A stretch of DNA of 63,629 nt, counting the filler, from Choristocarpus tenellus KU-1152 (lineage: Eukaryota > Protista > Phaeophyceae): the NCBI GenBank assembly GCA_964200185.2. It is 9 parts of 9 records of this genome, joined end to end, with 100 filler letters (N's around TTAATTAATTAA, not from the genome) between each part and the next. Parts side by side here need not be neighbours in the genome. Positions count along the whole stretch, not along the records: positions 60,622 to 63,629 come from CAXNAD020022975.1; 8 more parts are not named here. One strand, given 5' to 3'. The notes beneath the pieces were generated by a model. The model was not told where the DNA came from. It saw only the letters and a list, made by a program, of their open reading frames with translations, and did not search any database. Shown in pieces: positions 60,622 through 63,629 of this stretch; within the stretch, counting starts at the first letter, position 1; every line of letters begins with the position of its first letter. Position numbers and translations under genes: made by a program.

Positions 60622-63537
60622 AAATTCAAAAGGGCAGCGAGGGAAACCGGTCTGGGGGGGGCTCCAGGTGGGGGAGGGGGGGGGGGGGGGATGGGAAGCA
60701 TGTCCCTCGGTGGAGGAGACATGGGGCCGTTTGGCTCTTCTGTCGGGAGCTATGGTGGAGGAGGGTATGGAGGAGGAATGGGGGGTGGGGTGTCAGGGCT
60801 CTCTGGGGGCCTCTCCTCTGAAGCGCCGCCAACTCGTGCTTCCTCTGGTGGGGCAGGGACTGGAGACAGTCGTATTTCTACTAAGGTGGGCTTTTAGAGG
60901 GGGTGACAGATATGGCTGTTTTTGGTGGTGGTTTGGAGGTGGTGGGGAGGGGTGAAAGTGTGATGTGGACAGGGTGGTTGGTGATGTGGATGGAATTATT
61001 TTTTGGTAGTGGTTTTGCAGGTGGGAGGTGTTGATTACCTGTTAGGGTTAGGGTTAGGGTTGGTAAAAAATATCATTTTATTTTTATTTTTATTTTTATT
61101 TTTAGGTGCGGAGTTTTAGGGGTATAGCTCATCTAGCACCATTTTTTTTCTAATTATTACTATTATTGTTAATTATTTCCATTTTTGTTCTTGCTTTTCT
61201 ACTATCATTTTTCTCCTAGAGATGAAAGATGCCCACTGTTGGAGGCACACACATCCGTGCACAAGCCTCCCGAGGCTGTGGCCCCTTCACAGGCACTCGA
61301 AAAATAACCCAAGAGACATCCCAAGAGACATCCTGCGCCTATCATAAATATAATGTGTTTGGCATACACCAACTTTATTCAATGACATTCAATGACCGAT
61401 CTAGATCCAATCCTTACATTCGCCGTCTAATTTAGAAAAAAAAATACTGCAAGTTGTACACTCCAAAACAGCCCACAGAATCCAATGCCAGAGGGTCATC
61501 TAGCAATGCCCATGGGCCGGATGGATGACTCCTTGACAACCCTAACTAACACCCTAGAGACATCCTGGAATTAGCAAAAAAAAATAGTGCACTTTTTTTT
61601 TTTGTGCTTCCTTTTACTTCCTACCCACTAGTGTTCCTCCCCATAACTCAAATCAGAAATCAATCAATGCAAAATCAGTTGAATCTGAGGTCTTTGCGGC
61701 CGAGTGATAGTGTCTTTTTTGCCTCAACAAAATAGAATAATAATAATAATAGTAATAACCTATGGTCCTTTTTGGCAAGGCGCTCTAAAAATTTAACGCT
61801 TCCGAAGGTGTCCTTTTGTACCCCTCACCTGCCGCTTCTGTTCCATCGATCAACATTTTGAGATTGAAGCATATATATATATATTGTATATAGCCCCCCC
61901 TTCCACCTCCCAAGAACGATCCCGGAAATTTCCCATTTACTACCAACTTGGAAATCGCCACATGTTTGGGGCGGGGTCTTGACGCCACACTTTTTCCCAC
62001 AGAAGAAGAAAAAAGACTTTGCGACTCAAGCACAAAAAACCCCATCTCAAGTACACGTCAAAATAATTAAAAAAAGGTAGTTTGATGTGTACTTGAGGTG
62101 TTTTTTATTTTATTTTTTGTGCTCGAGTCGCTCTGTACAATGCCTGATAAACTGTATATATTCCTATTCTTGAGTCGCTCTGTACAATGCCTGATAAACC
62201 GTATATATTCCTATTTTGGTTGTAATGCCGGTGATAATTATTTATTTTTTTCCTGAAGGGACAAGAATTTGTTCTGTGGCCTCTTTCGTATTTGTTCTGT
62301 GATCCCCCCTAGATTGGATTCGGTTGTTGTTGTGATGCCATACCCCTCACTGCTGCTCTCCTCGTCATCCACTCCGTTGTAGTTGGGAATTGTTCTTGTT
62401 TGATGTTTGATGACCACTTTTTCCTCTTTTTTTTTCAAGTAATTTTTGGTATATTATTTTTTTATGAGGAGCGAAAAAACCCTTTTTTTTCTTATATATG
62501 TTCATCATGGTGATTTATTTGTTTATTTATTTTAGATGCATTTGTTGATTTTTTTTTTGTGGGTAGCTGCACGACGGCGTCTTGTCATCCATGGAGAAAT
62601 TGATCCACCACCCTTCCCCCTCCCCCCCCGCTAATTTACCCACCAGACCAATGTTAGAATAGAGCCAGCAATAGAACCCAATTTACCGTAAAAGCTCTAA
62701 AAGATATTTTTGTGGGTTGAAGCTTCTTTGGTGCTTGGCGTTTTTTGGAGGCCTCACTTCTCAGTGGAGAGGGGTGGTACAATGTTGGACGAGCTTGAAG
62801 GCAAATGGGAGGTACAATTTTGGAGTTGTGGTGACAGTTAAAGGTACTTGTTGCTTCAGGTCTAGCGATTCCTGCTATGGATAGGATCTTTGTGGACCTT
62901 CTCAGGAAAGTTCACCTTGGGTACTCACGTTCTTTTTTAAGATTGTTTTTAAGATCATTTTGAAAGATGCGGTAAGTAGATCATTCACAATTGTCATTCA
63001 AAAATAAATAAATATATATATATATATGTCCAGTAGCTTGCTTCCCATTTTTAACTTTCAATTTATTTTTATACACAACATTTTTACAATATTTGCGCAA
63101 ATTTTTCTATTTTTGCGTAAGTTGAGTTACTAGAAAAACATACATATATATTTTTTCAGCAGTAGGGCTTTTGTTTGAAACCGTTTTTTTCAGTGTTGAA
63201 CTTGTGCGAAATGGAAGCACTTCTGCTCTGCCTTTCAGTAGAGTACATAATCTTAGTACATAATCTTCCACCAACCCCCCGCCCACCCCCCCCCAACATC
63301 TTTTTTGCTTGGTTGAATTATGGGATGATGCAATGGGAATGCCAGGGTATGAAGCTTGGAGGTGCTTCCCGGGGCAAGAACATGCTTGATTCGCTCATGG
63401 CGGAGGAGAAGTTGACAGCCATTCCAGTGGGTGGCAGCAAGGCCAAGGGGGGATCAGATCCTGTCGTGGCAGTAACAGCTGTGTCAGCATCGGTTCATCC
63501 TGTGTCTCTTAATATGGAAGAGCGGCTCACTTGCCAG
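60622..63537 (+). CDS. ARCN1: Coatomer subunit delta (delta-COP), internal exons
   Basis: Exons <60622-60885 and 63346-63537 (phase 0). Gly/Ser-rich linker, then K|GMKLG..K..MLDSLMAEE and HPVSLNMEERLTCQ, the start of the mu-homology domain. Confidence 0.8.
61042..61061 (+). repeat. Interstitial telomere-like (TTAGGG)3
   Basis: GTTAGGGTTAGGGTTAGGGT; similar tracts at about 17133, 31756, 55053 and 59671. Confidence 0.8.
62125..62216 (+). repeat. 47-bp tandem duplication
   Basis: GAGTCGCTCTGTACAATGCCTGATAAACYGTATATATTCCTATT occurs at 62125 and 62172. Confidence 0.9.
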
Positions 63538-63629
63538 GTGAATTATTCAATTCTTGTCTGGGTATGGAATAGTAAGGAAAATATTTAAGAAAAACCTTTG
63601 AAGTTTGTTGTTGGGGGGGTTGGGGGGGG

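Overview
This is eukaryotic, intron-rich genomic DNA, most likely from a brown alga or close stramenopile relative. The support for that is a brown-algal-type RTE LINE relic, a heterokont bipartite plastid-targeting presequence, TTAGGG tracts and a stramenopile-type long ARM protein. The window consists of nine contigs joined by eight 100-bp spacers (44 N + TTAATTAATTAA + 44 N), and genes do not continue across them. Spliced genes reconstructed by hand: a type I glutaminyl cyclase (3' truncated), a plastid-targeted conserved protein (complete), an SPFH/band-7 protein (internal exons), a hypothetical protein head-to-head with a long VAC8-like armadillo-repeat gene (3' truncated), an SGNH/PC-esterase-like protein (complete), a coiled-coil protein C-terminus and delta-COP (internal exons). 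Mobile DNA: a decayed two-gene PIF/Harbinger element, a tyrosine-recombinase retroelement relic, a LINE relic, three related MITE subfamilies sharing a CAAAGTATCT terminal core with 4-bp TSDs (Sola2-like), other foldbacks, and an unclassified mosaic repeat filling the first 8 kb. The most notable signals are a CpG gradient suggesting CG methylation, several GC-AG donors (plus one possible GA-AG), in-window empty sites that define the MITE insertion, intronic hairpins, and telomere repeats at a branch-point position. I found no CRISPR array, rRNA or tRNA, and no unambiguous novel multi-gene system. All gene models and family calls come from motif recognition, without database searches.
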